Assembly: GCA_020891255.1 (NCBI GenBank)
Contig: BQFW01000008.1
Span: 1,364,001-1,428,000, forward strand
Length of the DNA stretch: 64,000 bases
Source of the DNA: Entomortierella parvispora E1425
Taxonomy: Eukaryota; Fungi; Mortierellomycota
Direction: 5' to 3'
A program made the translations under genes and the position numbers. The notes under the pieces are model-generated. The model saw only the letters and a list, made by a program, of their open reading frames with translations, ran no database searches and was not told the DNA's origin. Each line of letters begins with the position of its first letter. Position 1 is the first letter of the stretch. Below are positions 38,601 through 50,895 of the stretch, in pieces.

Positions 38601-39139
38601 TCCATGACAACATCATTCGTATCCTGACGAAGGCTCTCTGGAGAAACCACGGATGTGGTCGCGGTGGACAAAGCTTGGGTGGTCGAAGAGGTGGTGGCGG
38701 TCAGGTTGCTGGTCATATTATTGGTATATTGCGATGACTGACCGTTGCTGTTACTTGCTGCGTGTCGTTGTTCGCTTTGTTGCTCCTGCTGTGATGGTTG
38801 GAGTTGCCTCGAAGATCTTTTTGACCGAGTATTCATGAGTCGAGCACTTGTGTTCCTGGTCTGGAGACGGGTCGATGCCCTGAGGGACGGGCCTGCACCA
38901 CGAGCAAAGATGTCGGGACTCTGGGGTGGCTCCTTGAGCGCACTGGCCGACTTGCGGAGCAGCAACCTTGGACTGTGGCGCAACGTCGCTACCACAGACG
39001 TGGAACTAGGCCTCGGGTCTTCGTCGTTTGTGCTTGCAGTCGAGTGTCGCCCTGAAGGGGCGAAGGATATAGCAGAGGACATCTGGCCTGTATCTCGCTT
39101 GAGAAGACGATGAGGTGTGTTCAATGTGTGGAAATGCAA
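35684..39139 (-). CDS. CTD small phosphatase-like protein (CTDSPL2/SCP4-type; FCP1/NIF HAD domain) with long disordered N-terminus; about 6 exons
   Basis: EEIDV|[10 protein letters not shown]; [12 protein letters not shown] (DxDxT motif); [10 protein letters not shown]; FTASQECYA; HRYYRDSC; [36 protein letters not shown]. Confidence 0.9.
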
Positions 39140-40166
39140 ACGACAGGGGGCCTTTTTCTTTTGCTTGCTTGCTGGCGTAATGAGTTTATCTCAAACCTGG
39201 AGAGGCTGCGTTCACGCTGACAAGAGAAATCCGATGTAAGGAAGGAAACGCAAGAACAAGATTAAGAGAGGAACGAGCGAAAGGGGAAACGAGAGTATGC
39301 AATCGAGTGATGGAGAAGGAAGGAAAGGGTAATTACACAAAGGTACCAGGTGAATGGGCAGTGTTGCTGTGCTGTGCTTGATGGAGTAAACGGGCGAAAT
39401 GTCCTCGGGGGTATACAGTGAAAGACTCTCTTGACGTTCACAGGACCCTGCCTTGGTCTGTGTGGCAGAAAGGAAGAAGCAAGGGTTCGTTGGGTTGGTT
39501 GAAGGTTGCTTTGCTCGGAGAGATGGTGGCACGGGAGGGGAACAAGGTATGGACGGCCAGGGAAAAGATGAGCAGGGCGCAAGAAGAGCAAGGAATGATG
39601 AGGGGATGTCCTGGGTCTGGCTGTGTTTGAATTCAGAAAAGATGCGATGACCTCGGTCGGATGGGGAGTGATGGGATGGGGATGAAGCGACTGAGGGATG
39701 GAGCAAGGAGAGGGATGATGGAAAGAGATTAAAAGCAAAAAGAGATGGCATGCAGACAGAGAAGGGTGTGCGCAGGGAAAAAAGGGGCGGGGCAAGGACA
39801 GAGGCAGACAGAGACAGACAGACAGACAGACAGACAGGGGGCAGCTGTGTGCGTCTGCTGGGAGCGTGCGGGAATCTGCCAGTGTGTATCGCTCTGTCTT
39901 TCTTGCTCTTCGCCACTTCTCTCTTTGTGCTACCTTTCATACCCTTTCATGCCCTTTCATACCCTGTCGAAACCAAAGCCCCTGTCTTCCTCGATGACAT
40001 ACATGCCTCCATCCTGGCTACACTTGGGCTCCTCCTTTGAACAGACAAAAGATGTCAAATGACGAAATCCCCTCCCTCACTTCCCCCAAGCACGAGTCAA
40101 TCTCAAAAAAAAAAGGTTCTTTTTTAGTTTCTGGAAACTGGTTATATGTACAAAAGTGGAGTCTTT

Positions 40167-41208
40167 TCAAAAGAACTGCTTGAGCATTCCAGCGACCTGG
40201 GGGTTCTGGCTGGCCTGTCCGAGCATGCCCATCATATCGCCCATGCCACCGCTGCTGCCGCCCGAAGATCCTCCACCGCCGAACATGGACATCAACTGAC
40301 TAACGCCTCCGCCACCGGCGCCAGAGTGGCCCATGAACAGCTTCATGGCCATGGCAACCGCAGACTGGATAACGGTACTCTTGTCGGATCCTCCGGCACC
40401 CGAGAACAACTTCATGGCCTCGGCCATCGCCATCTGGATCAACTGACCTTGTCCACCACCGCTTTCACCTTCGCTCTGTGCTACAGCTTCCTGCTTCTGG
40501 TAGGCATGGTAGGCCTCAACACCGGCGGCCTTGCCCAAGTCCTCGTCGGAGACGTCACCGGATCCTTGCTGATAGACCTTCTCATGGGCAGCCTTGGCAG
40601 CATGGAGCTCGTGCTCCTGAGGGGGGGCGACACCGTTGTCCCTGATATTGCCCAAAGAATTGTCCATCGCTTGTCTGTCTGTTGAACCGAGGACAAATTG
40701 ATAAAAACATGGTTAACCATGGTTAATCACGGGGAAAAGGTTATCAGCTTCGGTTGCAAGGAGTTCTCAGGCCCAAGCGCAACATATCGCGCACAGGGGT
40801 TTGAGCTGAAAAGGAGAAAAGGTCAAAGGGGTACAGAAACGGGCGAAAAGGAGAAGTTGCGTTCTGGCGTGAGAAAAAAAAAGAGACGATGGAACAACCG
40901 GGCAAGCTCTCTGTCCACCTGATAGTTCTATGGGCCACTCCATGAAACGGTCCTGTTTTCCGTTCCTTGCAGCCGTTGTGGCCGCTTGTACACGCGGTAT
41001 GTAAGGTGAAAGTCCAGGAAGACGATCTCCTGTCGCGCAAAATCACGACTTCTTCCTGAGAGAGTGGCCACTTTCAGCCAGCATCAAAAACAGCAAAGGT
41101 AAGAGCGAAAGTAGAAAGTAGCAAGGAACAGACCATACCTTCGTCGTTGTTGGCAGCAGCAGCAGAGTGCTCGCTGAAGTTGGCAAGGACGCTTTGGAAG
41201 AGATCCAT
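40167..41208 (-). CDS. Small Gly-rich fungal protein (beta-flanking-protein/DUF7721-like), about 193 aa (exons 41139-41208, 40167-40678)
   Basis: Exon 1 MDLFQSVLANFSEHSAAAANNDE joins in phase to the ORF at 40167-40667. The motifs AAHEKVY, LIQMAMAEAMKLF and DKSTVIQSAVAMAMKLF resemble this fungal family. The family assignment is from memory. Confidence 0.65.
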
Positions 41209-42105
41209 GATTTTGGTATCTTTGAGTTTGAGTGAGGGGAAGGGGAAAAGGGAAGGACTGAGAGATAAACAGGAAGAAAGAAAAGAAAAAAAGAGAAAGC
41301 AGGAAAGATTGTTGAAAAAGTCAAAAGAAAGAGAGCATCACCCATGACCAAGCTGCTGAAGCAACTCCACTGGACACAAAACAGTCATGCCTCTCCCTCT
41401 CGCTTACCTCAGTCAATCACTTTTTCAACAGGTACGGACCAACAGGCGCCCCGATGCCGATGCTCAAACAGCCCAACGGTGCCGTTTGACTGGCTGATGG
41501 ACCATCTCTCCCCCCCCCCACGCTCCCACTCTGGCACTCTCACATTCACTCCCACCTTGACGCGCAATTCATGCATCTTCTCTTGTGCTCTCTGGCTTTC
41601 AGAAACCGGCCACAGAAACAATGGCTGTCTGGAAAAGTCAAAACACGTCCACGCACCCCTTTCGCTCTTTTCTTTTCTCTTTTTCTTTCTTCCTCCCCCG
41701 TCCTTTCACTGTTCCAAACCTGATTTCTCCCTCTTTGTGCACCCTTTTCTTTTCTTGCTCCATACTCACGATCACGCAGGTCCAGAGGTTGCACCACAAG
41801 AACAGAAAAAAAAAGAAAAAAAAAAAAGCGCGCGTCTGGCTATTTTGAGAGGCAGCATTCAAATCAAAAAATAAAAAAGACACTTTGTCTCAACTCTGTT
41901 TTCATCTCCAGCAAGCATCATCAAGTGGACACTGGACAGGGACCCAGACCAAATCAAGGGCTTTCTAGCCTAGCCTAGCGCTTTTTAATGCAGAAAAGCT
42001 GAAAAGGGGGGGAGGCTGCGGGGGACAGCTGGATATAATGCAGACGATGCCTGTTAGCTTCCACGTTCGATAAAGAGCTCGCTTCTTGTTGTTGTTGGAA
42101 TCCTT

Positions 42106-45100
42106 CTATACGGCTCCCAGTGCCTTTCGCAAGTCGTTCAGTTTCCTTGTCAGCGCGTCCTTCTCGTTTTCGCTCTCAGCATACTTCATCTTTGTCTCAA
42201 TGATCAAGTTCTCCAGGTACGCCAATTGATCCTCGGCCTTTTCATTCTTCCGAGCAAGCTCCACGTTCCGCTGCAGCACCTCCTGGATCTCGTCCCTGTA
42301 TTTCTCCTCGACCTCCTTGGCCTGAGAATCCACAATCTTGGTCAGGTCAGAAACTTTCTGGGTCAAGACATCGTTCTGGTCCTGCAATTGAGCCATCTCC
42401 AATTTACGAGAAATTAATTCCTTGGCCATCTCCACATGCTCCTTGTTGATCGTGTGGATCGACCCTTCCAGACGACGGACGTGCAAGGACAACTGGCGGT
42501 TCGACTCCTTGAGCGACTCCTCAGCGGCGAGCTCCGCCTGTTGCTTTTGAATCATTGCTTGATACTTTTGAGCATATTGGGTCAACTTCTTTGGCGTCAC
42601 CTTGACATTGTAAGCATCCTGAATGAACAAGCTGGCGTCGTTCTAGTTGGAAGAAAAAGCAAATAAAAAAATAAAAGGGTAAAAAAGGTGTCAGACAAGG
42701 GTTTAACCGTTCCAAACGTCCTCAAGTGCCTTGGCCATCAGAAGCAGAGGACACTAGATCAAGTTTTACCATGTAAGGCTCAAAGAGCCCGTTCTTCAGA
42801 AATTCGATCAAAGTCTCAAAATCGTGGTTCAAGATCTGGTCATGGTTGGCCTTGAGGAGAGCGATGGCAAACCGAAGGAGAGAATCAACACCTTCGACAA
42901 ACAAGATATCGTAGACTCTGAAGACCAGCTCCAAAGGAAACTTGTAGGCAAACAAGGTCATGAACCACTGAGATGCGTACATGGTGGACCGGATTCCTTG
43001 TGTCTGAAAGTGCTTCGCAATCAAAGGTACGGTCTCTTCCATCAGCTGCTCATATTGATAGAGTCGCAGTTGGAGCATGCCCATCTCTGGAGTAAAGTGT
43101 CCCCGCATGTCATAGGAGTTCATCATCCGGACTAGAACACAGAATGCTTCCTCATCGGGCATCTACGATTACAGCAAAATATGGTGTTGGTTAATCAAAA
43201 AGAGGATATGGTTGATCACAATCCTTCTGAAATGATATCAGTGGGCTCAAACTCTTACGTTCAACAGCAATGGGCCAACAACAAAACTCAATCCTTGGCA
43301 ATATCCGACCTCGGGGTCATAAAGACTATAGGCTTTGACAACATTAAACAAAGATTCTTGACCAAGCCCATCCGCCTGAAAGTGTTCATGATTGGGAAAG
43401 GTTCGACTCATATCCCGAGTAATCTGCTTTTCGTGTGTACTGGTGCTCTTAAGCAGCTCCGCGTACTTTTCTTCGAGCGCGATATCCTTTGATTTAGCCA
43501 GTAGCTGCCAGATCAGGCCTCTGAGTGCTGGCGGGACACCCTTTTGAATCATTTGCGTGAGTTGCTTGGGATTCTTTTTGACAACGGCATTGTAGTCATG
43601 CATCAGGGCTCCCCAGTAGTCTATTTTGTAAAAGTAAATGAAATAATGAAATGCACAGGTTATGAACAACTCTATGGGATCGTGGCACAAAACCATTACT
43701 CCATTTTTTCCAATTTGAATAATAAATGGTAGCTTACCCCAGTCTACATCCTCGCCGCTCGTAGACTCTTCCTTGGCATGGCCCAGCGCTCTGTCCATCT
43801 CTGATTCGGTAGTGGCTCGTCTCTTGGAGTCCTGCTCCAACATTGAATTCTGAGCCTCCAAACGTGCCAGCAGCAAGTCCATATTTGAATCCGTGGTCAT
43901 GGTCGAGAAAGTAGAAGCTCTCTCAGGACTGATGTTGTTGGAAGGTCTGAGATCAATTCCTCCTGTGGTAATTGCCACGCCTGCATTTGATCCTCGTTGA
44001 CTTGTCCGACTCGGCGTCCTGGGAGCTGGAACAGCAGGGGCAGCTCCACCACCAAAACCTCTGCTCATGAACGCGCCTTGAATTGTGCTTGCAATTGAGC
44101 TAATCGAAGTGTTTCGACTAGTGCTTGATCGAGCTTCAGGTGGCGACGCTGACAATGTTGGAGACGTGTTGGCTGTTGACGCAATGGTTGCTCCTGACTG
44201 GGCTACAGGGGGTAGCTGATGGCTGAGCTGTTGCGATTTAGGATGTGGTCTAGTTCCAAAAAAGCTAGAAGGGAAACCTGCTGTTGAGGGTGCAACAGGC
44301 GCGCGGGGGGCAGCAGTGGTACTCCTTCGTGGAGCCTCGTGAGAAGGTTCGTCCAGCGATACTTCATTCAGCTCAGCATCAGACGTATCGGAATAAGATA
44401 GCGATCGTGGTGGCTCATGTTGACCATGGACAAAACCTCTTGCAGAAGAAGTGCTTGATACCGAGCGATGAAAGATGTTGGGCCGCTGAGCAGACGTTGT
44501 GTTGGCGTGGCCATTCAGGACAGGTGAGCGAACATCCTGAAAAGAGTTGGATGAATCGCTGCTGTCCGTGCTCGACTGTCGCTGTTGCTGATGATGCTGT
44601 GTCTGCTGTGCTTGATCAGGTGTGAGAATGGTTGGCGGAGATAGTGCCTCTTTGGACGACTTGTTTTCAGTTGAGGTCAGCATTGGTGATGCTGGTGGAG
44701 AGGATGCAGACAGGGAGCTGTTGTTGGCGTGATCCTGTTCATTCTCCTTGTGGTCCAGTGTCTGTGGTGTTGCCACCTCGACAGTAGCATCAACAACAGG
44801 AGCAGCCTGCGAAGGCGAGGGAGTATCGGCGTGAAGGGTCGCAATCGCAGGCAGCGAAACAGAGGTGGGACGAGACTTGACCAGGAGTGACGGAGCTGGA
44901 GGGGAGGACGAAGCATTCACAAACGGTTCCCGGTCAGACTCTGACTCTGAATTCGACTCGGACTCGGACTCGGAGGGTTCTGGGCGGTCCCCTTCGTCGT
45001 AGCCAAAAGAGTGGTGTTTAGTGTGGCTGGAGTAGGACTTTGCAGAGTTGACAGACGCCCGTGGACCAGTGGCCCTGTCCAAGAATAGATTGGGATTCTT

Positions 45101-45517
45101 GACCTGGGCACGGCCCTTGGATTGGATCCCTTCGCCGTCGTCGTCTTCGTCTTCAGACGCCGATTGATCAAAGGTTCGCCCAGGGCCGTTGGGACGTGCC
45201 TGACTCGCCTCATCTTGATCGCCTGTGCTGTCCTTGTCTTTGACCTTATCCTCATCGTCGTCTTCGTCGTCGTCGTCATCAGGGCCATAGTCATAGGCTG
45301 CGACATGATATGGTTCGTCATCGCTGTCATTCTCTTCCCAAGAGTTCCTGGACGGCTTTTCAGGGGCAGGTACAAGAGAAGTATGTTCGTTGTTGTCGGT
45401 GAGGTCCTTTGCGTGATCACGCCCACTCTCTATCTCGGAGGTGGCGCCATAAGTATCGAGTGGGTCATAGTCTGCACCGTCTTGGGATGTAAGAGAAGCG
45501 TGCTTGTTGACCATCAT
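42106..45517 (-). CDS. TBC-domain Rab GTPase-activating protein (Gyp5/EVI5-type) with disordered N-terminus and coiled-coil C-terminus; 4 exons
   Basis: GVPPALRGLIWQLL; QITRDMSRTF (IxxDxxR finger); YDPEVGYCQGLSF (YxQ finger); MPDEEAFCVL; YASQWFMTLFAYKFP; C-terminal heptad region. Confidence 0.93.
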
Positions 45518-46252
45518 TGCTGAGAGAATGCTGAAGAGGTTGAGATGAAGTAAGGAACGAATTCCAAAAAAAAAAAAAAATAAAAAATAAAAAATAAAGG
45601 CACCAAAAGGAAGAGGGAAATGTGGAATGTGAATGCAGCGTCTCTTCTTTTCAGAGTAGGGGAATGACGGAGAGAGAGAGAAAGAGAGAGGGTTATTTGG
45701 TGGAAGAGGAGGAGGAGGCGGCGGAGGAGGAGGCGCGAAGGTGAGGAGTGGAAAGGAAGAGCAATACAACTGTGAAGCAGACGGGGCCTTTTCTCTCCCT
45801 GTCCTCGCCCCTTCTCCTGTTGGAAAAGGGGAAGAAATGAACCCAACGCTCCAGCAGGGTTTCGGTCACGTGCAGACACGCCGCCACCATTTTATTGGCA
45901 ATACCGCCGCCAAAGTACACGGAAGCGTGCGCGCAATTACCGTGGGGCCATTGTGTGGACCCTTGAACAGGTGGGTAATGAAAAACAAAGTAACGTGGGA
46001 CCCTGGCAAGAATGAACGTCCGCCTACGGGGCAGGCTTCTGCTCCATGGGCAAAAAAAGTAAAAAATTTGATGCTCAGAGTCAATAAAAAAAGAAAACAG
46101 AGATTGCAGATCGATGGCCCATGCTTCAATGTTGAGCCCCCACCTCTGGGTGCAGGGCGTGGGCTCCGGTGCGGGATCTTTGACCGCCCCTGTTATATGG
46201 ATCCCATAGGATGACTGTGTAAAAATGCTTTATACTGTAGTCTATATAGTCT

Positions 46253-47542
46253 TTAGATTGAATTTTTGTACATCCTACCCTCTTTCCTTCCAATGCGGAT
46301 GTACCTCTCCTCATCATTCCGCGCCTGGATCAAGATGACATTGCTCACGAAGCAGACCACGTTCACCACAGTGAAACCAAACAAGGACGTATACAGCTTA
46401 CGAAGGTAGCTGTCTGCAAAGGCCGAGACCTTTTCTTCACACCCCGGGAATTTGGAGGGAGTCGCCACACAGGCTCCAGAGAGAACTACTTCCACGCCAG
46501 GAAGATATCCGCAACACTGCCCATACCCTGAAAGACTTGTCTGATGAGAGATACGAGATACCAGCGATGAGAGAGGTTGAAAATGAAGAAGAAAAAGTGA
46601 ACGTTAAGATTACTTTTTACACTGAAAAGTTTGACGATCTTTAAAGCACCAATAGCGCCGTCTTACCATATCTTGAAAGGCAACCTTGAGCGAATCCTGC
46701 CAGGTGGGCCACTGACGGGAAAAAAGGCTTCGCATCGTCAACGTCTTGAACCAGATGACGCCTCCGAGCGAGAGCTCCGCAATCATGGCAATGATCATCA
46801 ACCAGGCAAACGCCAACAAGAAGTTCTTGCGTTGTACGGGGGCAAAGCCTCCGATATAGCCTACAAGGGCCGTCACCGCCACAAAAGCACCTGTGAACGT
46901 GCCGGCTAATTGCAACGCAACAAGAGGAAGGAAAAAGGGATTTTGGGCCGTTAGGGAGAATGATAAATAGCTTGACAGAAGCCAGACCGTAATCATAGGA
47001 GAGGGCACAGGGCGCTAATTTCATTTCCAATCTGTGCTTTTTCAGGAACCCGAGTTTGACGCGGGTCAACAGCATAGGAACACAAGTCAATGTGTCCTCC
47101 CTCCAATTCCTTGTCTGCGGCCGTAGCGCTCCTGATCCTGGTGCAGCCCATCATCTGATGAGCAATTCCCTGGTTTCAGAAACATTGTCCAATCCCGCAA
47201 CGTGTCATCAAGAACAAAAAGTGTGTCAGACAAGATGATGGCGGCAAGGTGGATGAGGAGAAGCTGCTCACGTAACAGCATGCTTCTCATGGTCGTCATT
47301 GTTCATCCCTTCTGTCCATGCATTCATGCCTGCTCCACTGTCATGTACTGCATGTGTAACAGAAAAAGATGGCTGTCTCATGTACCCTTTTCAATAGACC
47401 GTGAGATAACAGCCTCTCGTGGTGCTCCTTCGACAGACTGTTGTAGCCAAAGTGTACCCATGGCCAGTGCACCAATACCGGTGACCATATAGACCGTGAT
47501 GAAGGCGAAAAAGTAGCCCTGCAGCTTCCGTAGTGTTGTCAT
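46253..47542 (-). CDS. Fungal tetraspanin, about 227 aa (exons 47386-47542, 46667-46905, 46253-46540)
   Basis: Four hydrophobic segments; large loop with QCCGY, then GAC and FPGC; C-terminal ARNDEERYIRIG after TM4. Exon phases are consistent. Confidence 0.85.
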
Positions 47543-47977
47543 GTTGAACTGTGCTGCGCTTGGTTGTAGGGCTAAGGGTTTGCAAATTGGTGCTTGGGGT
47601 CTGACTCGTGGGGCAGGTTGGTCGCGTTGAAAGATATAAAGCAGACAAATGGACGGACAGCGAGCAAGCAAAAAAAAAAAGACGGGGTTGACAATGACAA
47701 GTGGGTGCGAAGGGGAAGAGTCAGGAAACGAGGGTCAGGAGTTGGAGCGAGATGGAGAAAGAGAGCGAGTGAGAAAGAGTACAAGGAAGGTATGGAAAGT
47801 GACAAAAACAGAGCAGGCTACCTTGAGAGCATCAGGCGTATCCCCGAGGGTTTTGATTGCCGCTAGCGTTTATTGCCATTTGACTACCAAGACTATGGCC
47901 GCAAACATGGAAGAGCGCCACCAACGCTTTTCTAAAGAGAGGAGAGGGGGGGGTTTTTTTTTTTTTTGGCAGTATCA

Positions 47978-49793
47978 TTACGCGTTTACAGCTACAACTC
48001 CACGCCTGCTAACTCGGATCGTCTCAAGTTCATGTTCGCGGCTGCCAACTCGCAGCGTGTCATCCGTGTGCGTCTGGTCTTCGCTCAACGGCGATCGTCT
48101 AGACCTTAGTCCAATTGAGCCATATTGATGTTGAGGGTGTGATTGCCGGTTCTCTTTTTTCTCCCTGACCACGATCGGCTCCTCAAACCGAACAGCATCC
48201 AGGCCAATTCTACGTTTACAATCGCGCATTGAAGAGGCACGACTGATACCGGCCATAACGCCTAGTCCTTCGCGGCCTCCAAGAGCCACAGCATTTGCAC
48301 CTTCCTGACCTTGAGCGAGATCGCTTTTGCCTTGACTTGACATGAGTCGTTTTAGGGCCATGGCAGAAAACGTCTTGTTGGCTCGAGACTTTTCTCTGGG
48401 CAGAATTGGGCAATTCCGCACAAATGTCTCCTCGTCCTCGCCTGCACACTCTTCCAGTAACTGCTCCATAGTCTTTGTGGGTGAGGTCGCCTCCATCATC
48501 GTGTCCGGGAGAGAGGGTCGAGCGCAGGTCTTTCTGGTCGTTACCACTTGAGCAAGCTTTGTGGCTGACCCGTGGTTGGACTGAAGGGTCTCAACGCTGG
48601 TCACAATAGCGTTTTCCTCTTGTGGTTGTTGTTGGAGAGTTTCGGCCATGGCGTTCTGACCCTCTGGGATATCGTGAGCCCTATCTGCCTTGGTCGTGTT
48701 GGTGGTTGAGGAATACTCAAAGACGATGTCCACGGGCTTTGTCATTGAGTTTACTTTTGGCACAGCCTGTGGTGACAGCAGGTGTTCGATTGTAGTGGTG
48801 GAGGTTATTTTTTCTGCCAGAGGTGTCTCCGTCTCCGTTTGAACGTTGTGGGTCGTCGATGGGTGCACGTTCTCCACCAAAGGCGCATGACGGGCACGGT
48901 AATACCGAATTTGTTGTTGAACAAATTTTTTGAACCAATGCACGTGGACCATCAAGGCCATCAAGCCGACTTTCCAACACAGTCTCGAGTCCACGTTCAA
49001 AAACAACTCTGGAAGAAGGACCACGGGATAGATGATGCGGCTCAGGAAGAAGGACGTCGCAAACAAGAAATCAGATCGAAGCTTTGGAAAGATGTGACCC
49101 GAAGCCAGAAAGATGGTCGACACTACGAGACAAAAGGAAGGGTATGAATAAACAAACCTCTTTGTGGAGTGGAGAAATCATTATATGATGAGGTATTTGT
49201 AGCCTACCTTCAATTGGCGTACCCATGGCGAAGAGAGTCGAGACGTTTTTTTGCATTGTTGCATTCGAGACCACAGCGAGATAAGCCAGATGATGACACC
49301 ATCCCGAGAGAGGGTCAATATGTGCTCGATAATAAATCATCCCCAAAAGAAGATCGCAAATCAAATAGCTGACGAAATAGGCAGAGTACATCGTTGCTAC
49401 GCTGGATTCTCTGGGGAAAGCCCGGAGCGACAATGGTGGTTGCCAGCTCCAGGTATGATCTATATCTTCCTCTGGTATCCCTGTCCCAAGTGTATCCCGA
49501 GGGATGTGTCCACTGCGGCTCCACTCCATACCAGAAGAGAGTGTGAAGGTTCCAGTGAAGAGGACAAGGGACGAGAAGAGGGTAAGGACCCATGATAATC
49601 TCCTCTTCTGAACAGCGAGTTCTGGTACAAACTTTCGGAAGAGATAAAAGCCAGATATCTGAAAAAGGGTCGCGGCCAGGAAGGTCAGACTGAAGACTGA
49701 GGTGTTGGGATTGAGATCAAAGTTGAAGAACAATAGTGGTTCTTGGAGCGAGAAGAGGTGTTGCGGAGAGTGCAAAGTAGCGGTCTGTGGCAT
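47978..49793 (-). CDS. TLC (TRAM/LAG1/CLN8)-domain membrane protein, paralog 1, about 576 aa (exons 49208-49793, 47978-49122)
   Basis: RLSWVLTLFSS; YLICDLLLGMIYY; SGWCHHLAY; GTPIE|VSTIFLASG; FFLSRII; HVHWF - TLCD4/TMEM56-like pattern. Confidence 0.85.
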
Positions 49794-50895
49794 TGTGGAA
49801 GGCCGTTAGAATTGTAATTTTGTGGATGTGTGTGTCGTACTGCGAGTCGTTAGAGGTTATTTGAAAGAACCAAAGTGTAATGCTGTGAAGGGAGTAAAAA
49901 AAACGAAGGAAGGGTTGGGTATAAGGTGGATGAAGGAGAATTAAAGAGGATCAAAGGAGAGAAAGAAAAAAAAAAATAAGAGAACGAAAAAGGATGAGGT
50001 TCCCCGAAGGTTAAAAGAGAAAGAGTCAAGCTGGGATATCGGGAAATGTATGCTGGATGGTCATTGATTATCGCAACCTCTTTTTTCTCTCTCTTGGCAC
50101 CGCCTGCCTTGGTCACCCGGACGTTCCCAGCGCACACAGCAACAAAAAAGAAGCGATGCTCTGCTTTGCAAGCAGAGCCTCATGATCGTTATTGATAGAC
50201 ATCTCGAGCATGCAGGTGCCGAAGGCGAGCTGACTGCATTTTGTCGATGGGATACATACCAAAGTGTCCGACACATCTTCCATGATCCTGACACTCGATC
50301 CTGCTGACCCGTTGGGACATTGACTGCAATGACTGATATGTTGTGCCATGGGACTTGAGGTGTGGATGGGAAACTTGAAAACAAACAAACAAACAAACAT
50401 CAGTGTTTTGCACGAGCGAAATGATGTCGATTGTCTTCATGCATGCTTTTTTTCCTCTTGTGGTGGAACCATTCAACTGCCAGTGTGCCACCACGCGTTC
50501 TGATTGACTCGCATCGACTTTCATGCCTCCAAACTAACTGAAATGAACGCAGGTGGCCTTGTTTGTGGTCATGGGAAGGGAAGAGTAGGTGGTGTTGAGG
50601 TCAGGCCGTCAACAGGAGACTGTGTGTGGTGAGTGGAAGCGAATATTCAGGATAAGACGAGTCAAGAATGAGGTTTGCTCGACTCCTCCTTGGAGCCAAC
50701 GGTTCCCCATCTTTAGTCGTCGTGCAGTGCGGTACAGCTCTGGTTGGCAGTGAGGTGGAAAAGACAAGTGGAAAGGACGGATGAATCCTCTTTTCTTCCA
50801 CCAACCAGCCAACCGCGTTTTGCCATTTGAAATTTTATTTGTCAGGAGGCGCAGACGACGCGCCAAAGTGTAAGTTGAACATCTTTTTATTTTCT

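Noticed and set aside
47155-47195. CTGATGAG...GAAAC-att-GTC, resembling a hammerhead ribozyme core
   Set aside because: Stem II does not pair convincingly and no stem I can form around the core.
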